DNA of 64,000 nucleotides from an uncultured Thermoleophilia bacterium (GCA_963762675.1 CAVXLS010000009.1:84756-148755); one strand, 5' to 3'; counted from the first letter of the stretch, positions 27,946 through 38,099 are shown. Numbers and translations are program-made. The notes: generated by a model from the letters alone, not told the origin.

Positions 27946-28842
27946 GTGAGCGCGGTCGCGGTCGCGGGACCGGCCCCGGCGAAGCGCATGAGCGGGTTGC
28001 GCGAGATGCTCCACTTCGCGTTCGGGAACCGAAAGCTCGTGTTCGGCCTCGGCGTCACCCTCTTCATGCTCCTCTTCGCGATCTTCGGCCCCTTCCTCGC
28101 ACACCACCCGGCGCTCGAGTACGGCGGCAAGCTCTCCCTGGCGCCGACGACGAAGGACGGCTACTGGTTCGGAACGACGATGCTCGGCCAGGACGTCTAC
28201 GCCCAGTTCGTCAACGGCCTCCGGCTCGCGTTCATCGTCGGGGCGCTCGGCGGCGGCATCGCGGCGGGCATCGGGATGCTCGTCGGCTTCACCGCCGGCT
28301 ACCGCAGCGGCATCGTCGACGAGGTCCTCAACATGCTCACGAACGTCGTGCTCGTCATCCCGACGTTCGCGCTCCTGCTCGTGATCGCCGCCTATCTGAA
28401 GGTGCGCGGGATCATGATGGAGTCGGTCTTCATCGGGCTCACGTCGTGGCCGTGGGCGGCGCGGGCGCTGCGGTCGCAGACGTTCTCGCTCGTCTCGCGC
28501 GACTTCGTCGACATGGCGCGGCTCAGCGGGCGATCGAGCTGGCAGATCATCTGGCGGGAGATCGCGCCGAACATGAGCTCCTACCTGTTCATGATGTTCA
28601 TCCTCCTCTTCGGCGGCTCGATCCTGATCGCCGCCACCCTCGACTTCATCGGCCTCGGCCCGTCGAACACGATCTCGCTGGGGATGATGATGCAGCTGTC
28701 GGTCCAGAATGCGGCGCTGCAGTTGCACCTGTGGTGGTGGTTCCTGCCACCCGGCCTTGCGATCGTGGCGATCGTCGGCTCCCTCTACGTCATGAACGTC
28801 GGGCTCGACGAGGTCTTCAACCCCAAGCTGCGGGCGATGTGA
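27946..28842 (+). CDS. Opp/Dpp-type ABC transporter permease (DppC/OppC-like)
   Basis: 298-aa polytopic ORF with the OppC-type core (GTTMLGQDVYAQFVNG...SWPWAARALRSQTFSLVSRDFVDMARLSG). The GTG start has GGAGG 8 nt upstream. Confidence 0.88.
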   Translation: MSAVAVAGPAPAKRMSGLREMLHFAFGNRKLVFGLGVTLFMLLFAIFGPFLAHHPALEYGGKLSLAPTTKDGYWFGTTMLGQDVYAQFVNGLRLAFIVGALGGGIAAGIGMLVGFTAGYRSGIVDEVLNMLTNVVLVIPTFALLLVIAAYLKVRGIMMESVFIGLTSWPWAARALRSQTFSLVSRDFVDMARLSGRSSWQIIWREIAPNMSSYLFMMFILLFGGSILIAATLDFIGLGPSNTISLGMMMQLSVQNAALQLHLWWWFLPPGLAIVAIVGSLYVMNVGLDEVFNPKLRAM

Positions 28843-28843
28843 G

Positions 28844-29839
28844 ATGGCCCTCCGCGTCGACGACCTGCGTGTCTACTACCGGACGCTCGCCGGCGACGTG
28901 CAGGCGCTCGACGGCGTCTCCTTCGAGGTCGCCGACGGCGAGATCATGGGCCTCGCGGGCGAGTCCGGCTGCGGCAAGTCGACGCTCGGCAAGAGCCTGA
29001 TCCGCCTGGACGGGCGCATGCGCTACGTCGGCGGCCACGTCACGCTCGACGACGAGGAGCTGCCGGTCTGGGACGACGCGCAGATGAACCCGTTCCGCTT
29101 CCGGCACGTCTCGATCGTCCCGCAGTACGCGATGAGCGCTCTCAACCCGACGCGGAAGATCGGGCGGATGATCCGCGAGCTGCTCCACTCGCGCGGCGTC
29201 GACTTCGGCCCGGTCGAGCCGGAGCTGGAGCGGCGGCTCGACCTGGTCGGGCTCTCGCACGACGTGCTCGGCATGTATCCGATCGAGCTCTCGGGCGGCA
29301 TGAAGCAGCGCGTCGTCATGGTCATCTCGACGCTCCTCGACCCGTCGCTCCTGATCGCCGACGAGATCACCTCCGCGCTCGACGTCTCGACGCAGAAGGC
29401 GGTTGCGACGACGCTGGCCGGCTTCCGTGACCGCGGCTTCGTCAAGAGCATGATCGTGATCACGCACGACCTCTCGGTGCTCTACCAGATCGCCGACACG
29501 ATCCTCGTCATGTACGCCGGCAAGCTGGCCGAGAAGGCGTCCGCGGACGAGATCGTCGCCGCGCCACGCCACCCGTACACGCGGCTCCTGATCTCCTCGC
29601 TGCCGGAGGTGGGCGTCCGCTACGCCGAGCAGCGGCTCTCGGGGATCGCCGGCCGGCCGCCGTCGCTGCTCGGGCCGCCCGCGGGCTGCCGCTTCCGCGA
29701 CCGCTGCCCGCTCGCCTCCGAGCGGTGCGTGCAGGAGCCACCCTTCGTCGACGTCGGCGGGGGCCACACCGTCGCCTGCTGGAACGTGAGCGCGCAGGCC
29801 GAGCCGGAGACGGTACTGCAGGGCACCGAGGCACGCTGA
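28844..29839 (+). CDS. Opp/Dpp-type ABC transporter ATP-binding protein (DppD/OppD-like)
   Basis: Walker A GESGCGKST, signature LSGGMKQR, Walker B LLIADEITSALD, and the oligopeptide-type C-terminal extension (PRHPYTRLL...GCRFRDRCP). Confidence 0.9.
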   Translation: MALRVDDLRVYYRTLAGDVQALDGVSFEVADGEIMGLAGESGCGKSTLGKSLIRLDGRMRYVGGHVTLDDEELPVWDDAQMNPFRFRHVSIVPQYAMSALNPTRKIGRMIRELLHSRGVDFGPVEPELERRLDLVGLSHDVLGMYPIELSGGMKQRVVMVISTLLDPSLLIADEITSALDVSTQKAVATTLAGFRDRGFVKSMIVITHDLSVLYQIADTILVMYAGKLAEKASADEIVAAPRHPYTRLLISSLPEVGVRYAEQRLSGIAGRPPSLLGPPAGCRFRDRCPLASERCVQEPPFVDVGGGHTVACWNVSAQAEPETVLQGTEAR

Positions 29840-30723
29840 TGCTCCGCGTCGAGCGCATCTCGAAGACGTATCGCATCGGCGCCTTCGGCGGCACCGACCT
29901 GCAGGCGGTGCGCGACGTGAGCTTCGACGTGCGACCCGGCGAGGTGATGTCCCTGATCGGGGAGAGCGGCAGCGGCAAGTCGACGATCGGGCGGATGATC
30001 CTCCGTCTGGTGTCGCCGACAACAGGGACGATCTCGCTGGACGGCGAGGACATCGCGGCGCTGCACCGGCGGAAGCTGAAGGAGTACTACCGCTGGGTGC
30101 AGGGGGTCTTCCAGGATCCGTTCAGCTCGTACAACCCGATCTTCAAGGTCGACCGGGTCTTCTCGATGATCCGCTCCGAGTTCTTCCCGGAGCTCGACGG
30201 TCGGGGCTGGACCGCGAAGCTCGACGCCTCGCTCGAGGCGGTCAGCCTCACGCCCGACGACGTGCTCGGCAAGTACCCACACCAGCTGAGCGGCGGGCAG
30301 CTGCAGCGGCTGCTCGTCGCCCGCGCGCTGCTGCTCGACATCCGCTACCTCGTCGCCGACGAGATCATCAGCATGCTCGACGCATCGACCCGGATCGACG
30401 TCCTCAACCTGCTCGCGGACCTGAAGCAGCGAGGGCTCGGGATCGTGTTCATCACGCACGACCTCTCCCTCGGCAACTACATCAGCGACACGACCGTGAT
30501 CCTGCGCCGCGGCTCGATCGTCGAGATGGGCGCGACAGCGAAGGTCTTCGGCGACCCGCGACACCCCTACACGCGCAGCCTGCTCGCCTCCGTTCCCCTG
30601 CTCAGCTCGAAGTGGAGCTCCGGCGAGCCGCTGCACACCGCGAACGGAAGCGAGCCGGCCACGCCGGCACAGGAGTCGCGGCTCGTCGCCGTCGAGGACG
30701 ACCACCTCGTCGCTGCAACCTGA
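29839..30723 (+). CDS. Opp/Dpp-type ABC transporter ATP-binding protein (DppF/OppF-like)
   Basis: MLRVERISKTY..., GESGSGKST, LSGGQLQR, YLVADEIISMLD, PRHPYTRSLL. The ATG overlaps the upstream stop (TGATG). Confidence 0.9.
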   Translation: MLRVERISKTYRIGAFGGTDLQAVRDVSFDVRPGEVMSLIGESGSGKSTIGRMILRLVSPTTGTISLDGEDIAALHRRKLKEYYRWVQGVFQDPFSSYNPIFKVDRVFSMIRSEFFPELDGRGWTAKLDASLEAVSLTPDDVLGKYPHQLSGGQLQRLLVARALLLDIRYLVADEIISMLDASTRIDVLNLLADLKQRGLGIVFITHDLSLGNYISDTTVILRRGSIVEMGATAKVFGDPRHPYTRSLLASVPLLSSKWSSGEPLHTANGSEPATPAQESRLVAVEDDHLVAAT

Positions 30724-30743
30724 TCCGAGAGGAGTGACAACTG

Positions 30744-32111
30744 ATGCATGCGCAACGCCCCGCGGACTTCCCGCCGGACTTCGTCTGGGGAGCGGCGGCC
30801 GCCGCCTTCCAGATCGAGGGGGCCGCGAGCGAGGACGGACGCGGCGAGAGCATCTGGGACCGCTTCTGCACGGTGCCGGGCGCCGTGCGGGCCGGCGACA
30901 CGGGCGCCGTCGCCTGCGACTTCTACCACCGCTTCCCCGAGGACATCGAGCTGATGCGCGAGCTCGGGCTCGACGCGTTCCGCTTCTCGATCTCGTGGCC
31001 GCGCGTGCTCCCAGAGGGGCGCGGTCGAGTCGAGCCGCGGGGCCTCGACTTCTACGACCGCCTCGTCGACTCGCTCCTCGAGGCGGGCATCCGCCCCTTC
31101 CCGACGCTCTACCACTGGGACCTGCCGCAGGCGCTCGAGGTCGAGGGAGGCTGGACCGCGCGCTCGACGACGGAGGCGTTCGCCGAGTACGTCGAGGTCG
31201 TGGCGGAGAGGCTCGGCGACCGCGTGCGCGACTGGACGACCCACAACGAGCCGTTCTGCACGGCCTGGCTCGGCTACGGGTACGGCCGGCACGCGCCCGG
31301 CCGGGCGAGCGTGCCCGACGCGCTCGCCGCCGCCCATCACGTGCTCCTCTCGCACGGCCGGGCGGTCGAGGTGCTGCGCCGCGTGTCGCCGGAGGCGGAG
31401 GTCGGCATCGTGCTCGACTCGTGGCCGGTCCATCCCGCGAGCGACACGCCCGAGGACGCGGCCGCGGCGCGGCAGTGGGACGGCGTCGCCAACCGCTGGT
31501 TCTTCGACCCGCTGTTCCGCGGGTCGTATCCCGAGGACGCGCTCGAGCGCTTCGCCGACGCGGCGCCGCCCGTTCTCGACGGCGACCTCGCGGCGATCTC
31601 GGCCCCGCTCGACTTCGTCGGCGTCAACAACTACTCGCGGCGGGTCGTCCGTGCCGATCCGGCCGGCGGCGCCCCGCTCGACGTGCCGCCCTCGGGTCCC
31701 CATCTGACCGACATGGGCTGGGAGGTGTACCCGTCGGCGCTCGCAGAGGTGCTCCACCGACTGCACGAGGAGTACGGCGTGACCTCGCTGTACGTCACCG
31801 AGAACGGCGCCGCCTTCGCCGACGTCCGCACCCACGACGGGCACGTGCACGACGTCGAGCGGGTCGCCTACCTGAGCGCCTACGTCGACGCGGTCGGCGA
31901 CGCCGCAGCCGCGGGCGTCCCGATTCGCGGCTACTTCGTGTGGTCGCTGCTCGACAACTTCGAGTGGTCGTACGGCTACTCGAAGCGGTTCGGGGTCGTC
32001 TACGTCGACTACCCGACGCTCGAGCGCGTGCCGAAGGACAGCTTCTACTGGTACCGGGACGCGATCGCGCGGACGCGGCAGGTCGCGGCGCCGTCCGCGG
32101 CTCGATCGTGA
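30744..32111 (+). CDS. bglB: Beta-glucosidase, glycoside hydrolase family 1
   Basis: FPPDFVWGAAAAAFQIEGA, FRFSISWPRV, the acid/base motif THNEP and the nucleophile motif YVTENGAAF. RBS GAGGAG lies about 9 nt upstream. Confidence 0.93.
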   Translation: MHAQRPADFPPDFVWGAAAAAFQIEGAASEDGRGESIWDRFCTVPGAVRAGDTGAVACDFYHRFPEDIELMRELGLDAFRFSISWPRVLPEGRGRVEPRGLDFYDRLVDSLLEAGIRPFPTLYHWDLPQALEVEGGWTARSTTEAFAEYVEVVAERLGDRVRDWTTHNEPFCTAWLGYGYGRHAPGRASVPDALAAAHHVLLSHGRAVEVLRRVSPEAEVGIVLDSWPVHPASDTPEDAAAARQWDGVANRWFFDPLFRGSYPEDALERFADAAPPVLDGDLAAISAPLDFVGVNNYSRRVVRADPAGGAPLDVPPSGPHLTDMGWEVYPSALAEVLHRLHEEYGVTSLYVTENGAAFADVRTHDGHVHDVERVAYLSAYVDAVGDAAAAGVPIRGYFVWSLLDNFEWSYGYSKRFGVVYVDYPTLERVPKDSFYWYRDAIARTRQVAAPSAARS

Positions 32112-33229
32112 CCGGCTCGCCTCCGCTCGAGCGCACGGGCCCTCGCCGGCCCCGCGCTGCGCCGTCCCTCGTCGGCGAGCCGTTCGGCAGGACGCCGGAC
32201 GGGCGAGAGGTCGAGCGCTTCACGCTCACCGCGGGGGGCGACCTCACGGTCAGGGTCGCCACCTACGGGGCGATCGTGCAGGAGCTCCTGGCGCCAGACC
32301 GGACGGGCGCGACCGCGAGCGTCGTGCTCGGCTTCCCTCGCCTGGACGACTACGTGGAGCGGAACACGCCGTACCTCGGCGCGATCGTGGGCCGCTACGC
32401 CAACCGGATCGCCGGCGCCGCCTTCACCCTGGACGGCGTCCGCCACCGCCTCGAGGCGAACGAGGGGCCGCACTGCCTCCACGGCGGCAGGCGAGGCTTC
32501 GACAAGCGCCTGTGGCGGGTCGCGAGGACGCACCGGACGCGCGACGAGGCCACCCTCGTCCTCCGCCACGCGAGCCCCGACGGCGAGGAGGGGTTCCCGG
32601 GCGCGGTCGTCGTCGAGGTCGCGTACACGCTCTCCCGTGCCGACTCGCTGCGGATCGACTACCGGGCGACCACCGACCGGCCGACCGTCCTGAACCTGAC
32701 GAGTCACGTCTACTGGCAGCTCGCCGGCGAGGGCTCGGGCTCGATCGACGACCAGCGGCTCACGGTCGCCGCCTCCCGGTATCTCCCCGTCGACCGCGCC
32801 ATGATCCCGACCGGAGAGGTGGCTCCGGTCGCCGGGACGCCGTTCGACTTCACGACGCCGGCCCGGATAGGCGGCCGGCTGCGCGACCGGTCGGAGCAGC
32901 TCGCGACGGCGCACGGCTACGACCACCACTTCGTCCTCGACCGGGCCGACCCGGTCTCGCGCCCGCCGGCCGTCCGCCTCGACGACCCCGGGAGCGGCCG
33001 CCGGCTCGAGCTCGCGACGACGGAGCCCGGCGTCCAGGTGTACACCGGCAACCACCTCGACGGGTCGCTCGCGGGGACGAGCGGCCGCCTCTACCGGCAG
33101 GGCGACGGGATCGCGCTGGAGACGCAGCACTGCCCGGACTCCCCGAATCGCCCCGAGCTCCCGTCGACCGTGCTCCGGCCGGGCCGCGTGTTCGCGTCGA
33201 CCACCGCGTACCGGCTCTCGGTCTTCTGA
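32108..33229 (+). CDS. galM: Aldose 1-epimerase (galactose mutarotase family)
   Basis: ...GAIVGRYANRIAGAAFTLDG...EANEGPHCLHGG..GFDKRLW...EEGFPG...NLTSHVYW...GYDHHFVL...ETQHCPDSPN. The GTG at 32108 overlaps the bglB stop (GTGA). Confidence 0.88.
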   Translation: MTGSPPLERTGPRRPRAAPSLVGEPFGRTPDGREVERFTLTAGGDLTVRVATYGAIVQELLAPDRTGATASVVLGFPRLDDYVERNTPYLGAIVGRYANRIAGAAFTLDGVRHRLEANEGPHCLHGGRRGFDKRLWRVARTHRTRDEATLVLRHASPDGEEGFPGAVVVEVAYTLSRADSLRIDYRATTDRPTVLNLTSHVYWQLAGEGSGSIDDQRLTVAASRYLPVDRAMIPTGEVAPVAGTPFDFTTPARIGGRLRDRSEQLATAHGYDHHFVLDRADPVSRPPAVRLDDPGSGRRLELATTEPGVQVYTGNHLDGSLAGTSGRLYRQGDGIALETQHCPDSPNRPELPSTVLRPGRVFASTTAYRLSVF

Positions 33230-33230
33230 C

Positions 33231-33265
33231 GTGGGCGATCCATGGTTCCCCCACGGACCCCCTCC
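33231..33265 (+). repeat. Solo hairpin-plus-C-tail repeat unit (degenerate) immediately after the mutarotase stop codon
   Basis: gtgggcgatccatggttcccccacggaccccctcc shares the right arm GGTTCCCCCAC and the CCCCCTCC tail with the other units. It starts 2 nt after the TGA and ends 12 nt before the GH94 ATG. Confidence 0.6.
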
Positions 33266-33277
33266 CAGGAAGCGCCC

Positions 33278-35848
33278 ATGAACCCGTACGGACACTTCGA
33301 CGACGCGGCCCGCGAGTACGTCGTGACGCGCCCCGACACGCCGCTGCCGTGGCTCAACTACCTCGGCCAGGACGAGCTCTTCGGCCTCTGCACGAACACG
33401 GGCGGCGGCTACACGTTCTGGCGCGACGCACGCCTGCGCCGCCTGACCCGCTACCGCTACAACGACGCCCCGTACGACTCGGTCGGACGCTACCTCTACG
33501 TCCGCGACGGCACGACGGTCTGGAACCCCGGCTGGAAGCCGTGCAAGACGCCGCTCGACCGGTACGAGTGCCGTCACGGGCTGGGCTACACGCGAATCGT
33601 CGGCGCGAAGGACGACGTCGAGGTCGAGCTGCTGTTCTTCGTCCCGCCCGGCGAGAACGCCGAGCTCTGGAAGACGACGGTCCGAAACACAAGTGAGCTC
33701 ACGAAGGAGCTGACGCTCTTCTCGTACGTCGAGTTCTGCCTCTACGAGGCTCTGGGCGACATGACGAACTTCCAGCGCACGTACTCGATCGGCGAGGTCG
33801 AGGTCGAGGGCCCGGCGATCTACCACACGACCGAGTACCGCGAGCGCCGCGACCACTACACGCTCTTCGGCTGCACGCGGGAGATCGCCGGCTTCGACAC
33901 CTCCCGCGACGCCTTCGTCGGCGTCCACAACGGGCTGCACGAGGCCACCGTCCCGTTCGTCGGCGCGTCCCGGTCGAGCGTCGCCCACGGCTGGAACCCG
34001 ATCGGCTCGCACCAGATCGACGTCGTGCTCGAGCCGGGGGCCGAGGAGAGCTTCGCGTTCGTCCTCGCCTACGTCGAGCAGGACGAGCTGCCGAAGCACG
34101 AGCGGCCGGGCGTCGCGAACAAGGAGCGTGGCCGTGCGCTCCTCGCGAAGTACAGCCGGAGCGACGCGGTCGACGTCGCCTTCGAGGCGGTGCGCTCGTC
34201 CTGGCGCGACCTGCTCTCGGGGTTCCAGGCGGAGTGCCCCGACGCGCACGCGACCCGGATGCTGAACACGTGGAACCAGGCCCAGTGCATGGCGACGTTC
34301 AACCTGTCGCGCTCCGCGAGCTTCTACGAGACCGGGATCGGTCGCGGCATGGGTTTCCGCGACTCGAACCAGGACCTGCTCGGCTTCGTCCACCTCGTCC
34401 CCGGCCGGGCCCGGCAACGGATCCTCGACCTGGCGGCAACCCAGCTCTCCGACGGGACGTGCTTCCACCAGTACCAGCCGCTGACGAAGAAGGGGAACGA
34501 CGAGATCGGCGGCGGCTTCGGCGACGACCCGCTGTGGCTCGTCCTCTCGACGTGCGCGTACGTGAAGGAGACCGGGGACGTGCCGATCCTCGACGAGCCC
34601 GTCGGCTATGCCGACGCCCCGGGCAGCCGCGAGAGCCTGCTCCACCATCTCGAGACGAGCGTCGCGTACACGCTCGCCCGCCGCGGCCCGCACGGACTGC
34701 CGCTGATCGGCCACGCGGACTGGAACGACTGCCTCAACCTCAACTGCTTCTCGACCGAGCCCGACGAGTCGTTCCAGACGGCCGGCGACGTCGAGGGATC
34801 GCGTGCCGAGTCGGTGATGATCGCCGGGCTCTTCCTCCACGCCTGCCGCGAGCTCGCCGACCTCTACCGCCATCTCCGGCGAGAGGACGAGGCCGAACGG
34901 CTCGACCGCGCACACGCGGAGATGCTCGCCGCCGTCGAGGAGCACGCCTGGGACGGCGCCTGGTACCTGCGGGCGTACGACGCGGCAGGCGCCCCCGTGG
35001 GCTCGAGCGCGTGCGAGGAGGGCCGGATCTTCGTCGAGAGCCAGGGCTGGTGCGTGCTCGGCGGCGCCGGCCGCGAGAACGGGCGGGCGCGGAGAGCCCT
35101 CGCGAGCGTCGACGAGCACCTCCTGACCGACTACGGCATCGTCCTCCACCAGCCCGCGTACACGCGCTACCAGCCGGAGCTCGGGGAGATCTCGAGCTAC
35201 CCGCCCGGCTACAAGGAGAACGCCGGCGTCTTCTCCCACTCGAACACGTGGATCACGCTCGCCTGGTGCGCGCTCGGCGAGGGCGAACGCGCGCTGGAGA
35301 CGTACCTCGCGATCTGCCCGGCCGCGCAGGAGGAGCGGATCGAGACCTACCGCGGGGAGCCGTACGTCTACGCGCAGATGATCGCGGGCCCGGACTCGGC
35401 CACGCCCGGCGAGGCGAAGAACTCGTGGCTCACAGGCACCGCTGCGTGGGCGTTCGTGTCGCTCTCGCAGGGCATCCTCGGCATCAAGCCGGACTACGGC
35501 GGGCTGCGCATCGACCCGTGCATCCCCCGCGGCTGGGGCTCGTACCGCGTGACGCGCCGCTTCCGCGGCGTCGTCTACGAGATCGCCGTCTCCAATCCCG
35601 ACGGCGTCTGCGGCGGCGTCCGCTCGCTGAAGGTGGACGGGCGAGAGGTGGAGGGGAACGTCGTCCCCCTCTCGACAGGCGTCGAGCGGGTCGTGGTCGA
35701 GGTCGTGCTCGGTCAGCCCAGGGACGCGCGGACGACGACCGGGCCGCCGCCGCGCACGAGCGGCACGACGTCCCCGGAGACCGGCGCTCCGTCGACCACG
35801 AGCGAGACGGAATCGCCGGTGCCGGCGCGCTCCACCTCGATCTCGTAG
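33278..35848 (+). CDS. GH94 glycoside phosphorylase (cellobiose/chitobiose/cellodextrin phosphorylase family)
   Basis: MNPYGHFDDAAREYVVTRPDTPLPWLNYLG...RGMGFRDSNQD...HADWNDCLN...PPGYKENAGVFSHSN. Homology to the paralog ends at ...VVEVVLG (about 35715), but the ORF continues 45 codons into the convergent gene. Confidence 0.88.
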   Translation: MNPYGHFDDAAREYVVTRPDTPLPWLNYLGQDELFGLCTNTGGGYTFWRDARLRRLTRYRYNDAPYDSVGRYLYVRDGTTVWNPGWKPCKTPLDRYECRHGLGYTRIVGAKDDVEVELLFFVPPGENAELWKTTVRNTSELTKELTLFSYVEFCLYEALGDMTNFQRTYSIGEVEVEGPAIYHTTEYRERRDHYTLFGCTREIAGFDTSRDAFVGVHNGLHEATVPFVGASRSSVAHGWNPIGSHQIDVVLEPGAEESFAFVLAYVEQDELPKHERPGVANKERGRALLAKYSRSDAVDVAFEAVRSSWRDLLSGFQAECPDAHATRMLNTWNQAQCMATFNLSRSASFYETGIGRGMGFRDSNQDLLGFVHLVPGRARQRILDLAATQLSDGTCFHQYQPLTKKGNDEIGGGFGDDPLWLVLSTCAYVKETGDVPILDEPVGYADAPGSRESLLHHLETSVAYTLARRGPHGLPLIGHADWNDCLNLNCFSTEPDESFQTAGDVEGSRAESVMIAGLFLHACRELADLYRHLRREDEAERLDRAHAEMLAAVEEHAWDGAWYLRAYDAAGAPVGSSACEEGRIFVESQGWCVLGGAGRENGRARRALASVDEHLLTDYGIVLHQPAYTRYQPELGEISSYPPGYKENAGVFSHSNTWITLAWCALGEGERALETYLAICPAAQEERIETYRGEPYVYAQMIAGPDSATPGEAKNSWLTGTAAWAFVSLSQGILGIKPDYGGLRIDPCIPRGWGSYRVTRRFRGVVYEIAVSNPDGVCGGVRSLKVDGREVEGNVVPLSTGVERVVVEVVLGQPRDARTTTGPPPRTSGTTSPETGAPSTTSETESPVPARSTSIS

Positions 35849-38099
35849 ACGACGCCGCGGAACAGGCGCCGTGCCCGGAAGCCGGGCCACGCCTCCGGGA
35901 GCGCCGGCGCGATCCGCAGGCCGCGATACGTGGGCCGGATGCCGAGGATCCACTGCGTGGCGGCGACGTACGTCCAGGCCGCGGTGCCGGTGAGCCAGGC
36001 GTTCCGTCCCATCCCGAACTGCGGATGGGTCGGGCCGCAGACGTTCTGGCAGTACACGTACGGCTCGACGAGGTAGAGGTCGGAGTCCGTCCGCTCGAGC
36101 GGCAGGATCCGGCGGTAGTAGTCGTACGCCCGGTCGCCCCGGCCGAGCGCCGCCGCGGCGACGACCGCCCACGCGTTCGCGTGGCAGAAGATGCCACCGT
36201 TCTCCTTCGCGCCCGGCGGGTAGGTCGACGTGCCGCGGACGCGCTCCGTCCCGCCCTCGTAGGGGGGCGCGAGCAGTGCGATCCCGAACTCGGTCGCGAG
36301 GTGCTCGTGCATCGACTCCATCGCCTGCTCCGCCCGTGCGCGCGGCGCGACCTCGCCGATCACGGACCACGTCTGCGGGTTCAGGTCGATCCGGCGGACG
36401 GTCTCCGCGGCGACGCCGATCGGCTCGCCTGCGTCGTCGAAGGCCCGCCCGTACCAGGCGCCGTCCCACGCGTGCTCGTTCACCGCCGCGGCCATCACGC
36501 GCGCGTCCGTCCGCAGGCGCTCCGCCTCGTCGGTCGTCCCGAGCTCGTCGGCGAGCTCCGCGAGGTCGAGCGCGGCACGGCAGAACTGCATCGCGCACCA
36601 GACCGACTCGGCCTTGCCCGAGCCGTGGTCGACGTTCATCGTGTCGTCCCAGTCGGCGAAGCCGACGCGCGGCAGTCCGTGCGGGCCCCGGTGCTCGAGC
36701 GTGAAGGCGATCGCGCGCTCCATGTGCTCCCACACGGTCTCGGCGGGGCCGTCCGCGTAGGCGACCGCCTGCTCGACGTAGCCGAGGTCGCCGGTCTCCC
36801 GGAGATACGCGCAGACGGCGAGCACGAGCCAGAGGTGGTCGTCGCAGAACCACTGCGGCCATTCGGGGATCTCCGCCGCCAGCCCTGTCGAGCCCTCCCC
36901 GGTGAGCGGGAAGAACTGGTGCCAGGCGTGGCCGTCGAGGAACTGCAGCCGCCAGAGCCGCGTCAGCGTCTCCCGGGCGCGGTCCGGCACCGCGTGCACG
37001 GTTCCCAGCGTGTCCTGGGCCGAGTCGCGCGTCCCCATCCCGCGTCCGAGCCCCGACTCGTAGCCCGAGGCGAAGCGCGACCAGTGGAGCGTCGTCCGGC
37101 ACTGCACCTGGTTCCAGACGTTCACCATGGCGTCGAGCGCGGGGTCCGGCGTCTCGACGACGAAGCGGGAGAGGTAGGCGTCCCAGTCGGCGCGCAGGGC
37201 CGCGAACGACGCGTCGGCGGCAGCGGAGTCGCGGAAGGCACGGCGCACGCGCGCGATCTCGGCGGGCTCGTCGGCGACCCCGAGCACGTAGACGATCCGA
37301 GCCTCCTCGCCCGGCTCGAGCGCGAGATCGTGGCAGAGCGAGCCGATGCTGTTCCCCCTCGGCGACTCGCTGCCGGTCGGCTCGCCCGCGCTCGACGACG
37401 ACCGGCTGCGCAAGGTCGCGGCAACGGCCGACGAACGCCTCCCGGTCGGAGTCGAAGCCGTACGGCGGGACGCTCGACGCGAAGAAGGTCGTCTCCGGAC
37501 GGAAGACCGTTCCGGTGAGGATCGCGCCGTCCTCGAAACGGCTGCGGACGACGTGCTGTGCCCAGTCGAGGTTCTGCTGGTCGACGAGCGCGTCGAGGTA
37601 GCCGAGCTCGACGTAGCTGAAGCTGCGGAGCCGCCGCGGGCGCACGTCCCCGTTGCGGACGCGCAGAAGCCACAGCTCGCACGGCCAGGCTCTCGCCGCC
37701 CGCCGCCGGCGGCACGAAGTAGAGGAGCTCGGCGGCGATCGCGTCGCGGACGGTCGAGATCCGCGTGTACCCCGCCCCGTGGCGGCACTCGTAGGCGTCG
37801 AGGTCGCCCCGGACCGGCTGCCAGGTGACGCTCCAGTAGGCGCCGGTGTCGGTGTCGCGCAGGTAGACGTAGCGGCCCGGCTGATCGGCCGGGATCGCGT
37901 TGTAGCGGTAGCGGCTGACGCGGCGGTCGCGCGGATCGCGGTCGAAGGAGTAGCCGCCGCCGGTGTTCGAGACGATGCCGCCGTAGCCGCCCTCGCCGAG
38001 GTAGTTGAGCCACGGCGTCGGCGTGTCGGGGCGGGTGATCACGTACTCCCGCGCCGACGCGTCGTAGTAGCCGTACGCGTTGGCGCCGACGGTCGCCAT
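35713..38099 (-). pseudogene. Second GH94 glycoside phosphorylase paralog. Two +1 frame breaks (about 37685 and about 37386) as assembled.
   Basis: Three consecutive frames read MATVGANAYGYYDASAREYVITRPDTPTPWLNYLG...PPAAGGESL; then CELWLLRVRNGDVRPRRLRSFSYVELG...VVVERG; then EPTGSESPRGNSIGSLCHDLALEPGEE...RGMGTRDSAQD...FADWDDTMN...PPGAKENGGIFCHAN...VVVRASLG*. Confidence 0.85.

Noticed and set aside
32045-37645. An 1866-aa ORF, the largest in the track.
   Set aside because: Only its first 90 or so codons (RRLRSFSYVELGYLDALVDQQNLDW...) are real, being the middle segment of the frameshifted GH94 paralog. The rest is antisense or out of frame relative to the plus-strand GH94, galM and bglB genes.
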